From: Macrostomum lignano
Lineage: Eukaryota
DNA length: 64,000 nucleotides
Reading direction: 5' to 3'
NCBI GenBank assembly: GCA_002269645.1
Contig: NIVC01001459.1
Coordinates: forward strand, 1 to 64,000
Position 1 is the stretch's first letter. Every line of letters starts with the position of its first letter. The notes under the pieces are model-generated. The model did not search any database. It saw only the letters and a list, made by a program, of their open reading frames with translations, and was not told the DNA's origin. This document shows, one piece after another, positions 31,595 through 43,023 of this stretch. The position numbers and the translations under genes were made by a program.

Positions 31595-32563
31595 CTAAAT
31601 ATGGTAGGTAGGCTTGTACATCTGATCAAATCGTCCCAGGTGCTTAGCAACCAGCTCGTCAATCAGGAGGCTGTCCGCCTCATCAAAGTATCCACGCCAG
31701 TCGCCAACCTCGCCGCGTCGATAAAAACCGGTGCCCCGACCTTCGCCCTGGGCAAACAGGTGGCCCATATCGCTGCCTCGGTCGCGCCTCATCCGGTCGA
31801 ATCCAACGGCATCGCAGATTCCAGTCAACAGCTCCTCAGTGAGCTCGGAAGCACCTTCCGGCATCAAGAATCGATCGAGTTTTCGAATGACCTCAGCTGG
31901 ATTCGCTTTCAACTGCTCGTACTCAACTAGGATGACCCGATCAGCTGGCAGCTCTCCGCTAGCCAGAGAGGCAAGCAGCATCTCATTGTGCTCAAAATAC
32001 GAACCACCATCCAAAGTGCCGGGCACAAAGAGACCTTTTAGAAAGGCTTGAAATTTACCACTGTACTTGTAATCGGCAATCCGAGTGTAGTGATGATACA
32101 GCGATACAGCCACATCCTTTGGATTCCTAATTGGGCAGATGATCTTAACGCCATTAGACTGCAAAATCTGCTTTGGCAGAAGCGGCCAAGGCAGGTGACA
32201 ATTCAACAGCCTTGGAGACGGTTGCGCATTCAAGACTGGCAGCTCAACAAACTCAAGCATCAGCTTCTCCTTGTTCACCGGACGCTGATGGCACTGCCGG
32301 CTGAGCAGGAAGTGGCAGATCTCGTGCAGCCAATGGGTGCCGCATTTCAGGTAGGCCCAGATCAGCACATCATCTTGGCGAGGCTGGAATTCGCTTGGAC
32401 AGTGCAGCTTCTCTAATCTGTCTTCGATTCCCGTGAAGTCAACGACATAGTAACCGCGCCACAGGCGGCATTGAACTTCGTTGGCGTCGGTGTCTTGGCG
32501 AGTTACTTTGCCTTCGATCGGGGCGCCAGTTTGCGGGTCTAGATGGGGCGATTTTGTCGCCAT
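31595..32563 (-). CDS. Cytosolic sulfotransferase (SULT1-like), intronless, 322 aa
   Basis: FQPRQDDVLIWAYLKCGTHW (5'-PSB loop), SPRLLNCHLPW (catalytic His), RNPKDVAVSLYHHY (3'-PB), YEQLK, FYRRGEVGDW. Confidence 0.92.
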   Translation of the reverse strand: MATKSPHLDPQTGAPIEGKVTRQDTDANEVQCRLWRGYYVVDFTGIEDRLEKLHCPSEFQPRQDDVLIWAYLKCGTHWLHEICHFLLSRQCHQRPVNKEKLMLEFVELPVLNAQPSPRLLNCHLPWPLLPKQILQSNGVKIICPIRNPKDVAVSLYHHYTRIADYKYSGKFQAFLKGLFVPGTLDGGSYFEHNEMLLASLASGELPADRVILVEYEQLKANPAEVIRKLDRFLMPEGASELTEELLTGICDAVGFDRMRRDRGSDMGHLFAQGEGRGTGFYRRGEVGDWRGYFDEADSLLIDELVAKHLGRFDQMYKPTYHI

Positions 32564-32849
32564 GGCAACTGAAGCAATCGGGAAAGGGTCTGGCTTGGGT
32601 TTAGCAGGTTCTGCTTATAAACTCTGAGACTCGTAGAAACCAGAGCTATTTATATTGGGAGTATCGTATTTCAGGTTTATTCACAGCTTTGCAATAATAA
32701 TTACCATTATTACAATTGCTGTAGAAGGGTGGAAGAAGTTAAAGGTAGATGATATAAGATCTAGGTTACATAGATATGGAGGTACACATGGCAAATAGGA
32801 TAGATTAGGGAGGAGATGAAGTGTTATATTAATAGATAAACGGATTGCG

Positions 32850-33520
32850 GTGATAGATAAGGAGATGGGGCTTTAGATAAGGACATTGGGTGTTAGATAA
32901 GGACATTGGGTTAGATAAGGACATTGGGTGTTAGATAAGGACATTGGGTTAGATAAGGACATTGGGTTAGATAAGGACATTGGGTGTTAGATAAGGACAT
33001 TGGGTTAGATAAGGACATTGGGTTAGATAAGGAAATTGGGTTAGATAAGGACATTAGGTGTTAGTTAAGGAAATTGGGTTAGATAAGGACATTGGGTTAG
33101 ATAAGGACATTGGGTTAGATAAGGAGAGGAGGTGTTAGATAGGAAGATAGGGTGTGAGATAAGAAAATGGGGTGTTACATAAGGATATAGGCTGTTGGGC
33201 AAGGACATCGGGTGTTAGATATGTAGTTAGGCTATTAGATAAGGAAATGGAGTGTTAGATAAGGACATTGGGTGTTAGATAAGGAAATTGGGTTAGATAA
33301 GGACATTGGGTGTTAGATAAGGACATTGGGTTAGATAAGGACATTGGGTTAGATAAGGAGAGGAGATGTTAGATAGGAAGATAGGGTGTGAGATAAGAAA
33401 ATGGGGTGTTACATAAGGATATAGGCTGTTGGGCAAGGACATCGGGTGTTAGATAAGTAGATAGGCTATTAAATAAGGAAATGAAGTGTTAGATAAGGAT
33501 ATTCGGGTGTTAAATAAAGA
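32850..33520. repeat. 18-20-bp minisatellite (GATAAGGACATTGGG(TG)TTA)
   Basis: Tandem copies related to the 30.8-kb array. Confidence 0.92.
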
Positions 33521-33944
33521 TGAATGACATAACTAAAGGAAAGGTTCGCTAGATGCGATCTTTATAAAAAAGCAAGCAAACAAGTAGATAATTATTACTG
33601 TAACATATAATGATAAGCTGTTACTGAAGCTGGAGCCCACTGAAAGTAAAGCAATGGTTGTTTTTTAATCCTCAACTTGGGATAAGCGCTGATACAGTAT
33701 ATTTATAGTACAAATTTATTAAATGGCGTACAAAGTGAGGCACGTGCCGCAAACTAAACAGTGCAAGCTGTTGCCAAGAATATTACAAATTTTTAGAGAA
33801 AAAAAGCAAAAATTATGGAAATTGCACACAGACTTATGGCAAAGCAGCCTATTGGTTGTCGGTGAGGGCTGGTGAGATTATTTTTGAAAAAAATTAATGA
33901 AATAAATTGCAAATAAACAAAATTTTTAAAGCGCTCTTTTGCCG

Positions 33945-33997
<53 letters not shown>

Positions 33998-34179
33998 TCT
34001 CTCACACGCTTGAGTTCAAAAGTTGGAAATGCAAGTTCTTGAAATAGGCTTGAACTGAATATATGCTAGTTTAATGTGTTGTTAATCTGTTTGCTAAACA
34101 AAAATATTCAGTTAGTGCAATCAGAGCCATAACGAATAAAAGTGATTATTCCTAGATTATCAGTTCCAAATCCTTGATC

Positions 34180-34460
34180 ATGATATATCCCAGTTCACAC
34201 TGATCCCAAATATAGATATATACACGAATCCCAATTCACACTGATCCCAAATATAGATATATACACGAATCCCAATTCACACTGATCCCAAATATAGATA
34301 TATACACGAATCCCAATTCACACTGATCCCAAATATAGATATATACACGAATCCCAATTCACACTGATCCCAAATATAGATATATACACGAATCCCAATT
34401 CACACTGATCCCTAATATAGATATATACACGAATCCCAATTCACACTGATCCCTAAATAT
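34180..34460. repeat. 41-bp tandem repeat (ATCCCAATTCACACTGATCCCAAATATAGATATATACACGA)
   Basis: About 6 copies. Confidence 0.93.
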
Positions 34461-35209
34461 ACATTAATCCCCAAATACAAGAGTCCCTGTACACGTTTCT
34501 AAATAAATAAATTAATATTTCAAACACACTTTGACTCTTCTCACATTGCACTACTCTCAGTAAAGATATTGGCGACTTATTAATGAAAAATATTTTTCTT
34601 ACGAAAAAAAATTAAAATTGAATACAAACATAAGAACGTCTCTCAGTGATCTCCTGTTGGCAAGCCTTGTTATAAGACAGCTTCTGTGTGTGAGTGAGTT
34701 TTAGCGAGTCGATATTTAAAGACACCGCTTACTAACGCCATTAGCTGAGGGTGTTAGGACGCACGCAAATAGAAACACACGGATCGGTTGTATAATCTCC
34801 GATTCAAATATTTTTGTTCAAATCAGATCACAGATATTTTTTACAAAAAAACCGTACAAATTAAAAATAACTGAATTGGATCGAAAGCTTATAAAATGGC
34901 ATTATAACAGAATTCTGTGAGCATAGTCTCAATCTGTTCGAGCGCAAAATTAAAAAGTAAAATATTTATATTTTTAAGAATGACAATGAAGTGTACCAGG
35001 TATTTGAAGGGCAGTGAAGCTGCAAGATGTGTTTCGTGTAAAAGCAAATAGTTTAGTAGCGAGAAAAGCTAATTAGAAAATAAAATTGCTTTTTTTATAA
35101 ATTAAAACACCTTTAGCATATGCGTTTATAAGCTTACATGATATAGAACGCGCTGAAAATGATTAACTACATCGAGCAGGATCTGAGGAAGAAAGAGAGT
35201 GAAAAGGGA

Positions 35210-35670
35210 TTGACGGAGGGTGACGGAGGGTGAAGGAGTGAGGGAGGGTGACGGAGGGTGAGAGGGTGAGGGAGAGTGGAAGGGCGAGGGAGGGTGAGAG
35301 GGTGAGGGAGGGTGAGAGGGTGAGGGAGAGTGGAAGGGCGAGGGAGGGTGAGAGGGTGAGGGAGGGTGAGAGGGCGAGGGAGGGTGAGAGGGTGAGGGAG
35401 GGTGAGAGGGTGAGGGAGGGTGAGAGGGTGAGGGAGGATGGGGGAGGGTGAGGGAGGGTGAGAGGGTGAGGGAGGGTGAGAGGGCGAGGGAGGGTGAGAG
35501 GGTGAGGGAGGGTGAGAGGGTGAGGGAGGGTGAGAGGGTGAGGGAGGGTGAGAGGGTGAGGGAGGATGAGGGAGGGTGAGGGAGGGTGAGAGGGTGAGGG
35601 AGATTGAGAGGGTGAGGGAGAGTGAGAGGGTGAGGGAGGGTACGAGGGTGAGGGAGAGGGTGAGGGCGAG
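35210..35670. repeat. 18-bp purine-rich minisatellite (GAGGGAGGGTGAGAGGGT)
   Basis: Tandem copies. Confidence 0.92.
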
Positions 35671-35868
35671 GGAGCTGTTCAGAAGAGACATGCAGAAAAC
35701 ACAGGCAGTCCAGCACAAACTGAAATTAAAAACAGACCAAGCCAAGAGATTTTACATTGAGACGCAGAGGATAGTCGCAAAGAGGGGGGACAAAGAACTA
35801 TGAGCCAGTTCAGGCTGAGCCGCATAATAAAATAGGAGAGCTGAACAACTGACTCGCTAGCTCTACAT

Positions 35869-38800
35869 TCACTCGCTCGAACCTACATTAAAATCATAAT
35901 CCTGATCGTTTAGCAGCGACTCGATGTAAGCCTCCTCAGGCCAAGGAAAATCCGAATCGAGCATAGCTCCCGGCAGCTGGCTGTCCGGAATGGGGCACCA
36001 GCGGTAGCCCAGCCAGTGCGACACCTTGCCGTAGGGGTCCGCGCCCACCGCCGAGTCGCCTCCTTCGCCAGTGTCTCGGTAAAGACAGCGTTCGGGTACC
36101 TGGGCAGGTGAGGGGGCTGTCTGTCATATATGTCTCATTGTGTCTGTCATATGTGTCTCATTGTGTCTGTCATATGTCTCATTGTGTCTGTCATATGTCT
36201 CATTGTGTCTGTCATATGTGTCATTGTGTCTGTCATATGTGTCTCATTGTGTCTGTCATATGTGTCTCATTGTGTCTGTCATATGTGTCTCATTGTGTCT
36301 GTCATATGTGTCTCATTGTGTCTGTCATATGTCTCATTGTGTCTGTCATATGTGTCTCATTGTGTCTGTCATATGTGTCTCATGGTGTCTGTCATGTGTC
36401 TCATTGTGTCTCATGTGTCTCATGGTGTCTGTCATGTGTCTCATTGTGTCTCATGTGTCTCATTGTGTCTGTCATATGTGTCTCATTGTGTCTGTCATAT
36501 GTCTCATTGTGTCTGTCATATGTGTCTCATTGTGTCTGTCATATGTGTCTCATTGTGTCTGTCATATGTCTCATTGTGTCTGTCATATGTGTCTCATTGT
36601 GTCTGTCATATGTGTCTCATGGTGTCTGTCATGTGTCTCATTGTGTCTCATGTGTCTCATGGTGTCTGTCATATGTCTCATTGTGTCTGTCATATATGTC
36701 TCATTGTGTCTGTCATATATGTCTCATTGTGTCTGTCATATGTGTCTCATTGTGTCTGTCATATGTGTCTCATTGTGTCTGTCATATGTGTCTCATTGTG
36801 TCTGTCATATATGTCTCATTGTGTCTGTCATATGTGTCTCATTGTGTCTGTCATATGTGTCTCATGGTGTCTGTCATGTGTCTCATGTGTTTCATGGTGT
36901 CTGTGATATGTGTCTCATGGTGTCTGTCATATGTGTCTCATGGTGTCTGTCATATGTGTCTCATTGTGTCTGCCTTATCTGTCTCATGGTGTCTGTCTCC
37001 TCTGTCTCATCTGTCTCATGGTGTCTGCCCTACTTGTCTCACAGTGCCTATACAGATAGCATCGATGTTCATCCCCACATGCAACGCTCATCATTCATCA
37101 GATTCCCAATAGTCCAACCTCCAACTTGAGCAGTTCCGGTCCACGCAGCGCAGCCAACCCCACAATGGTATGCGCGCTGACGCAATAGCCATAGACAGCC
37201 AACTCTTCAAGCCTCGGGCACATCCAAGCTATCATCATCAGCGGATCTGGGCGACCCCGGCTCCAAGGCAGGGTCTGCCGACAGCAACAACCGATGTCGT
37301 TCATGCTCTCCACTAGTCTGAGACAGCGCAGCCGGTGAGAGTGCCTGGCGCACACGAAATCAAATAGCGTAGGCGGTAGGCGCTGGCAAAAGTACATGCG
37401 TAGGCGGGTAAGCGGCAGATCGGCAGGCAGGATCGAACGAAAATGTTGCATAGCGCTTGGCGAGTGAAGCTGGAAAAAACAATTTCAAGGGTTAACAACG
37501 TGAGTATGAATGGCTTTTAATGTATGGGCTAAAGCCTCGGCATCTAATTAGTGTCTAGAAAACATCAAGTTACCATGGTAACAGAAGCTTCGCAGCCAAT
37601 TTCGCCTAGAGCGGCCCAACTGCGAATGGCCAGTGCTGGCATCGACGAGGTGACGTCATTATGGACAAATAAGGACAGATGACGCAATAGACCGCCTCGT
37701 GCGAGAGACGCCACCAGCTCCTCAGATACCTTGAAATTAATAAAATAGAATTATATCACTTAAAACAAGAGTAATAAATATATTTTAAAGTCAATCCCTG
37801 GCCCATATCTCAGCTCAGGTAATCAAAATGTCTTAATAACCCTTATCTCAGCTCAGGTAATCAAAATGTCTTAATAACCCTTACCTCAGCTCAGGTAATC
37901 AAAATGTCTTAATAACCCTTATCTCAGCTCAGGTAATCAAAATGTCTTAATAACCCTTATCTCAGCTCAGGTAATCAAAATGTCTAAATAACCCTTATCT
38001 CAGCTCAGGTAATCAAACTGTCTTAATAACCCTTATCTCAGCTCAGGTAATCAAAATGTCTTAATAACCCTTACCTCAGCTCAGGTAATCAAAATGTCTA
38101 AATAACCCTTATCTCAGCTCAGGTAATCAAACTGTCTTAATAACCCTTATCTTAGCTCAGGTAATCAAAATGTCTAACCCTTATCTCAAAACAGGTTACG
38201 AAAATGCCAAACCTGATTCAAGTCCAAACTCAGCCTCGTCAGTCTGAAGCATCTCAGCAAGCGGTTGTCAATAAATGGCACACGAGAACTGATTGGATCA
38301 GATCGCAACGAAGCGAGATGCAGAGATTTCAGACATTCGTGCTGCTGCAAATGATGCAACAATTTGTTCTGCCAACCATCAAAGCAGTCAGTTAGGCCCA
38401 GTGACAGGTGACGCAGTTGATGCGAGTGACAGATGAGAGACAATAGGCTGCGACAGAGTCTGCATGGTTAAGGTTAAAGAGGGAAAATATTACATTTATT
38501 CACAATAACTCATATTTACTTGATTGATTACTTAAACTTTAAATTACATATTCTTATAATTCATAATTCATATTAATCTTTAAACTGTTGGGATTTCAAG
38601 ACTTCTATCAATTGTCAAATTTGTAAACATGGAGTCCATAGATCTTTGAAAATTCCGTGGGTATCTGATTGTAAAATTAAATAGCACTGCAATTCCGATG
38701 CTTATGAAAACTCAGCAAGCTACATATTCAGAATTCAATAGAATGTACATTTATTATTGAATAAAATCCTACAGGATTCTAGATCCAAAGGCCCTAAGCC

Positions 38801-41194
38801 CCTAGCTGTCACACTGCCCAATGGAAATGGTAGGACTTCTATTACCTTGTGTCCTTGGTGATAAACCCAAATGCCATTATCTCTGACAGGAAAAACTAGG
38901 CCTGATTTACTATGCATGATACATACCTAGCACATCAGAAACGTCTATTTAGCTACCAAAGATCACTTGAAGGTGCACCTTTATTATATCTAGCTATAAA
39001 GCCAATCTTCCTTGATATGGTATGGAGGCTCTGCCTTTGAGCAATATGCAAAAGTAAGCCTTGAATATGTTCTATTGATCGTTGCTACATTACAATACAC
39101 ACTAATTATGAACTATGTACTGCCTAGAATATCTGCTAACCAATATTCTAATGATCTACACTGGAGCCCCATCCTTAAGAGCTACTCTATGCCAATGTCA
39201 TCAGATGCTACTAGGCCATTGCATATAGACCCTAGGCCATAATGCACCCATTCCTCTAGTCCTAGCCTTATTGCAACCAAGCAACTATGCTAAAACCAAG
39301 CCTAGATTGCCACTTTGACTGAGTGCCTTATCACTGATCTGAGACCTGCAGGCACTGCATTGATACCTAAAGCTACTGTTGCCTACCTTTCCCACATTTA
39401 CAAAGTGTATGTGCAAAAGGTCTCCTTTCTATATCCTAATCTATAGAAATAATGAAGTAGGGCATGATATCTGTAAAGTGACTACTGATATTAACCTCTT
39501 TTTGTAACTAATCAGGTAAATTTTATTATTTTGTTTTAATATGCATGTTTATTTTTTTAAACTCACAAAATTTGTTTAAAATCATGCTAGCCAATGGCAT
39601 TATAGCTCATCTTATTATATAAAGGCTATCACCTGGCCAAAATAAATAGCATCTAATTTCTTGCTCTCAAAGCTTGCAACTTATCAAAACCAAAGTTTTC
39701 TAATGAACCTTCCACTTACTTCTGTCAGTTATTTTGGGGAAATTCAAAGCCATAAGAGCTTGAAATAGGGAATTATAGAAGTCATGGAGACCTAGAATAG
39801 GAGTCTGAATAGAGAAATATTGAGGTCATAAAGGCCCAGAATACAAATACAAATTAGCTATATTGGCTCAAGTAGGATTAGACAATAGGCACAAAAGTAA
39901 GGGAGATATGAACCAACTAGAAGCCTGTAGCTAAACATCCTTGGTCCCTAGGAAATGCCATTACTTTTAGGATTCAAATTAGAACATAGTGTTTTACCCA
40001 CTCAGGTACTAACCATTACTGTAAACTTTCTAAGAAAGTCAAGCAGAAATAAGTATCAATGGTGAAATTCTTAGCCAAGAATCAAGAACTGCAACTACTT
40101 AGTAGCATTTTTAAGGAATTTATCAGTAGGAAGAAGTAGACCTAGCACAATTGGTAGATTCTATAGGATCTTCATAGAAAAGATTACTAGTACTAGTAAA
40201 ACTTGGTGACAATAATGAGATCATTTAGGAGTGAACAAACAGACCTAGTACAACTTGGTGACAGCTATAGGATAAGTTACTACAGAATAGTCAGATTTTG
40301 CATAATGATAATAAAGAGAAAACATTTACAAAAGTTATAAAAACATAACATAATGTAAGTTAACACATAAGTTATAAAAAATAATAAAAATATAATTCTA
40401 TTAAAGTAAAAAATGCAAGCATTCTATTAACTGCAGTAGGCCTATAGGAATAGAAAGAAAAAAATTATTGCTAACTATTTCTAAATGCAATTATACTAAG
40501 ATTAAGAAGTTAGATGTCATCATCTAGACAATAATTTTAGTATATAGATTTATTTTTCGAAAATCTGCAAAAATCTTACAAGAATCTTGCAAGAATGTTT
40601 GGCTAATGTTTATTAGCCAAACATTATAGAAGTCATAGCCATTAAGACCTACTTTATATATATATATTATATAATCTTGACTACAGCAATGACATAAAGT
40701 TTGGCTAAACTAAAAATGCATGTCCAAAGGTCAATAAAAAAGGTATGATAGGCATAGGCTTATTGTTGAACAAACCTTTGCATTGTGTCACATGAAGACC
40801 ATTCAGAAGTAGCCAACTGAAGACCAGAATTAGAAGGTCTCAATGAGAATGATTGCAAACCATCACTGTTAACTAGAGCGCATGTAGTTGCAATTTCGTA
40901 CAAGGACTCAATACAACCTTCACAGTGTGAATTGAAGTGAACTGTAAGGTGTTGAACAGCTTTTAATGACATAAACTTGTCGAATTGATGAAGAGAAGCA
41001 TGGTGATTTTCATAGCAATCTTGAGCAAAATCTACATAAGCAGATCGCCATATTCTCTTAACAGTGTAGGAAGCTCGACGCCAGTTATAACACACAATAC
41101 CAAAGTTTCTCGCATCAGTGTTTGGCAGTAAACTTAACACTTGCTGTAAGACGTTGTGTGGCAGCAGTTCCCATCTGCTTTGCAAACTTTGCAT
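35869..41194 (-). CDS. FBXO33-like: F-box protein, FBXO33-like, about 467 aa; exons 41194-40776, 38459-38213, 37729-37574, 37469-37119, 36099-35869
   Basis: F-box WELLPHNVLQQVLSLLP..FGIVCYNW. C-terminal DPLMMIAWMCPRLEELAVYGYCVSAHTIVGLAALRGPELLKLEV matches the recalled FBXO33 segment DPLVLLAWRC..GYTVWAHNLIAIARLRGSDLKVLEV; LRHLSLFVHN. All junctions GT-AG and in frame. An extra 5' exon is possible. Confidence 0.85.
36120..37040. repeat. 21-23-bp minisatellite (TGTGTCTGTCATATGTGTCTCAT) in the last FBXO33 intron
   Basis: Tandem copies. Confidence 0.95.
37805..38188. repeat. 38-bp tandem repeat (CTTATCTCAGCTCAGGTAATCAAAATGTCTTAATAACC) in an FBXO33 intron
   Basis: About 10 copies. Confidence 0.95.
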
Positions 41195-41764
41195 TGCCTA
41201 AGAATCCAACGACGGTTGAAAACAATAGTTTTCAAACTAGTGCAAGCAACTAAGTAATATTGGCTGGCTTTTTAGTACTTAGAACACTTTAGATGAGCAG
41301 CACATCGATTCGGGTTAATAAAGAAGATAAAGTTCGCTACCTCCACTGCTTCTGTTTTTTGTTCTTGGAAAGCAAAAAGTTAAAATCCTCTTTAAGAATA
41401 TTGTATACTAAAACAAAATACATAAGTAATGGCATTTCTAAGTAGTGATTTACAGAGTAACTTCAAAAAGATGCTAATATATTGTATATCTTCAGGAATT
41501 CACACCTTTTGTATGCAGTCTAGCGGCACGTCCAGCAGGCACCTAGACTGTAGTATACGTAGGCAATCTAATCTTTTTTTACTGTGCAGATGAAAGGCGG
41601 TGGCACACAAGACGTCTGCAGGCAGCTGATGCCTTTCTCCCAGCTGGTTTCATAACCCGTACATTCTTCAGGCTGAGAGCGGACGTCCAGAGCAAAAATC
41701 TGGACGCTCTGTTTGATTATGTAGATGACTGCACATGGCTCCGGAGCCCACACAGCCTCTGTTC

Positions 41765-42050
41765 TCCCCATCTCTCCCCTTTTCCCTCCTCCCTCTCCTC
41801 TCCTTTTTCCCCTCCTCTCTCTCCTCTCCTTTCCACTCCTCTCTCCTCTCTTTTCTCTCTAGAGGAGAGAAAACAGGGAGGCGAGAGATGCGATGAGAGA
41901 AAAGATAGAAGAGGAGAGGAGAGAAAACAAATAGAGAGGAGAGAGGAGAGGGGAGAGAGCTGAAGAGAGAAAAGAAGAGATCAGGGAAGGGAGAAGAGAG
42001 AAGAGAAGAGAGAGCAGATAAAAGAGAGAAGAGAGAGAGGAGAGAGAAGT
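41765..42050. repeat. Adjacent polypyrimidine then polypurine tract
   Basis: CT-rich to about 41860, GA-rich after. Confidence 0.8.
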
Positions 42051-43023
42051 TCTTAAACTTCAGATTTTAGAATGTATAAATGCAAAAAGCTCCGAGGATT
42101 GGAATTTAGCGGGTTCAAAATCAGATTCAAAATAAAGTTTCAACAGCTTGTTTTCTTATAATACTAAACGGTAATATTGCTTTGAAGAAAGGGAAACTGC
42201 ATTTAAATCTATTTATTTTCAGCAATTAAGGCTGAACACTAGTTTTATAATTAGATATTAAAAACTTATTAGTACGAGTATATCTGAACTATAAAACACT
42301 AGTTTATAATTTAGATATAAACATATACATGTATCAATTGAGAAACTGAGAAACTTTCAATGCAGAAACTGCACGATACCCAACTTTGAATCGCGGTAAG
42401 CACACAAGGACACAGTGTCAACATTTGTTTACAGGCAGTAATCAAATGCACCCGTTAAAAACTTATTTTAAATTGACGTATTTAAACAAAAATCCAAATA
42501 TCATTCAACAAATTCCTTGTGATTTTAACCACTCTTAGGTAAATCGATTTTTTGCTGCATGCAGCAGTTGCTTATTTTTGCGGCTAAATTTCCCTCAAAA
42601 GGGCCGTTTTAGAGATTTTTGGCATTGGTTGAATACAAAAGTGCTATCAAATTCCCGTTCTTCTTATTTCATCGTTAAATTTCATATTTTCCACGCATTT
42701 TGACATCTGACACAAATCAAGGTACCAAAACATGTAAAATTTTCGAGCAATTCTTTATCGAAACTTAAGTCATCCAACACTGTTCCCCTGACCTTACTAT
42801 TAACTAGATCCCTTCAATCATAACTGTAGACATTAGTCTAGTTTATTCATCCATGGGCCATTCGAGGCAATATTAAAGTGAAACAATCAACAACAAACAA
42901 ATTACGCAGCCCCGCATGTAAGGTCACAGTTAAAGCAGGGTGCGTCAGATGGCGCGCCGCAGAGCGGCGAATGTATAAGAGAGGTCGAACATTGAGAAAT
43001 ATTGAGAACATTGAGATCAACGG

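Noticed and set aside
36108-37129. Cys/His-rich metallothionein-like ORFs
   Set aside because: Satellite inside the last FBXO33 intron.
41568-41771. Extra coding exon of FBXO33
   Set aside because: No homology, and the ATG at 41194 already precedes the F-box; may be UTR.
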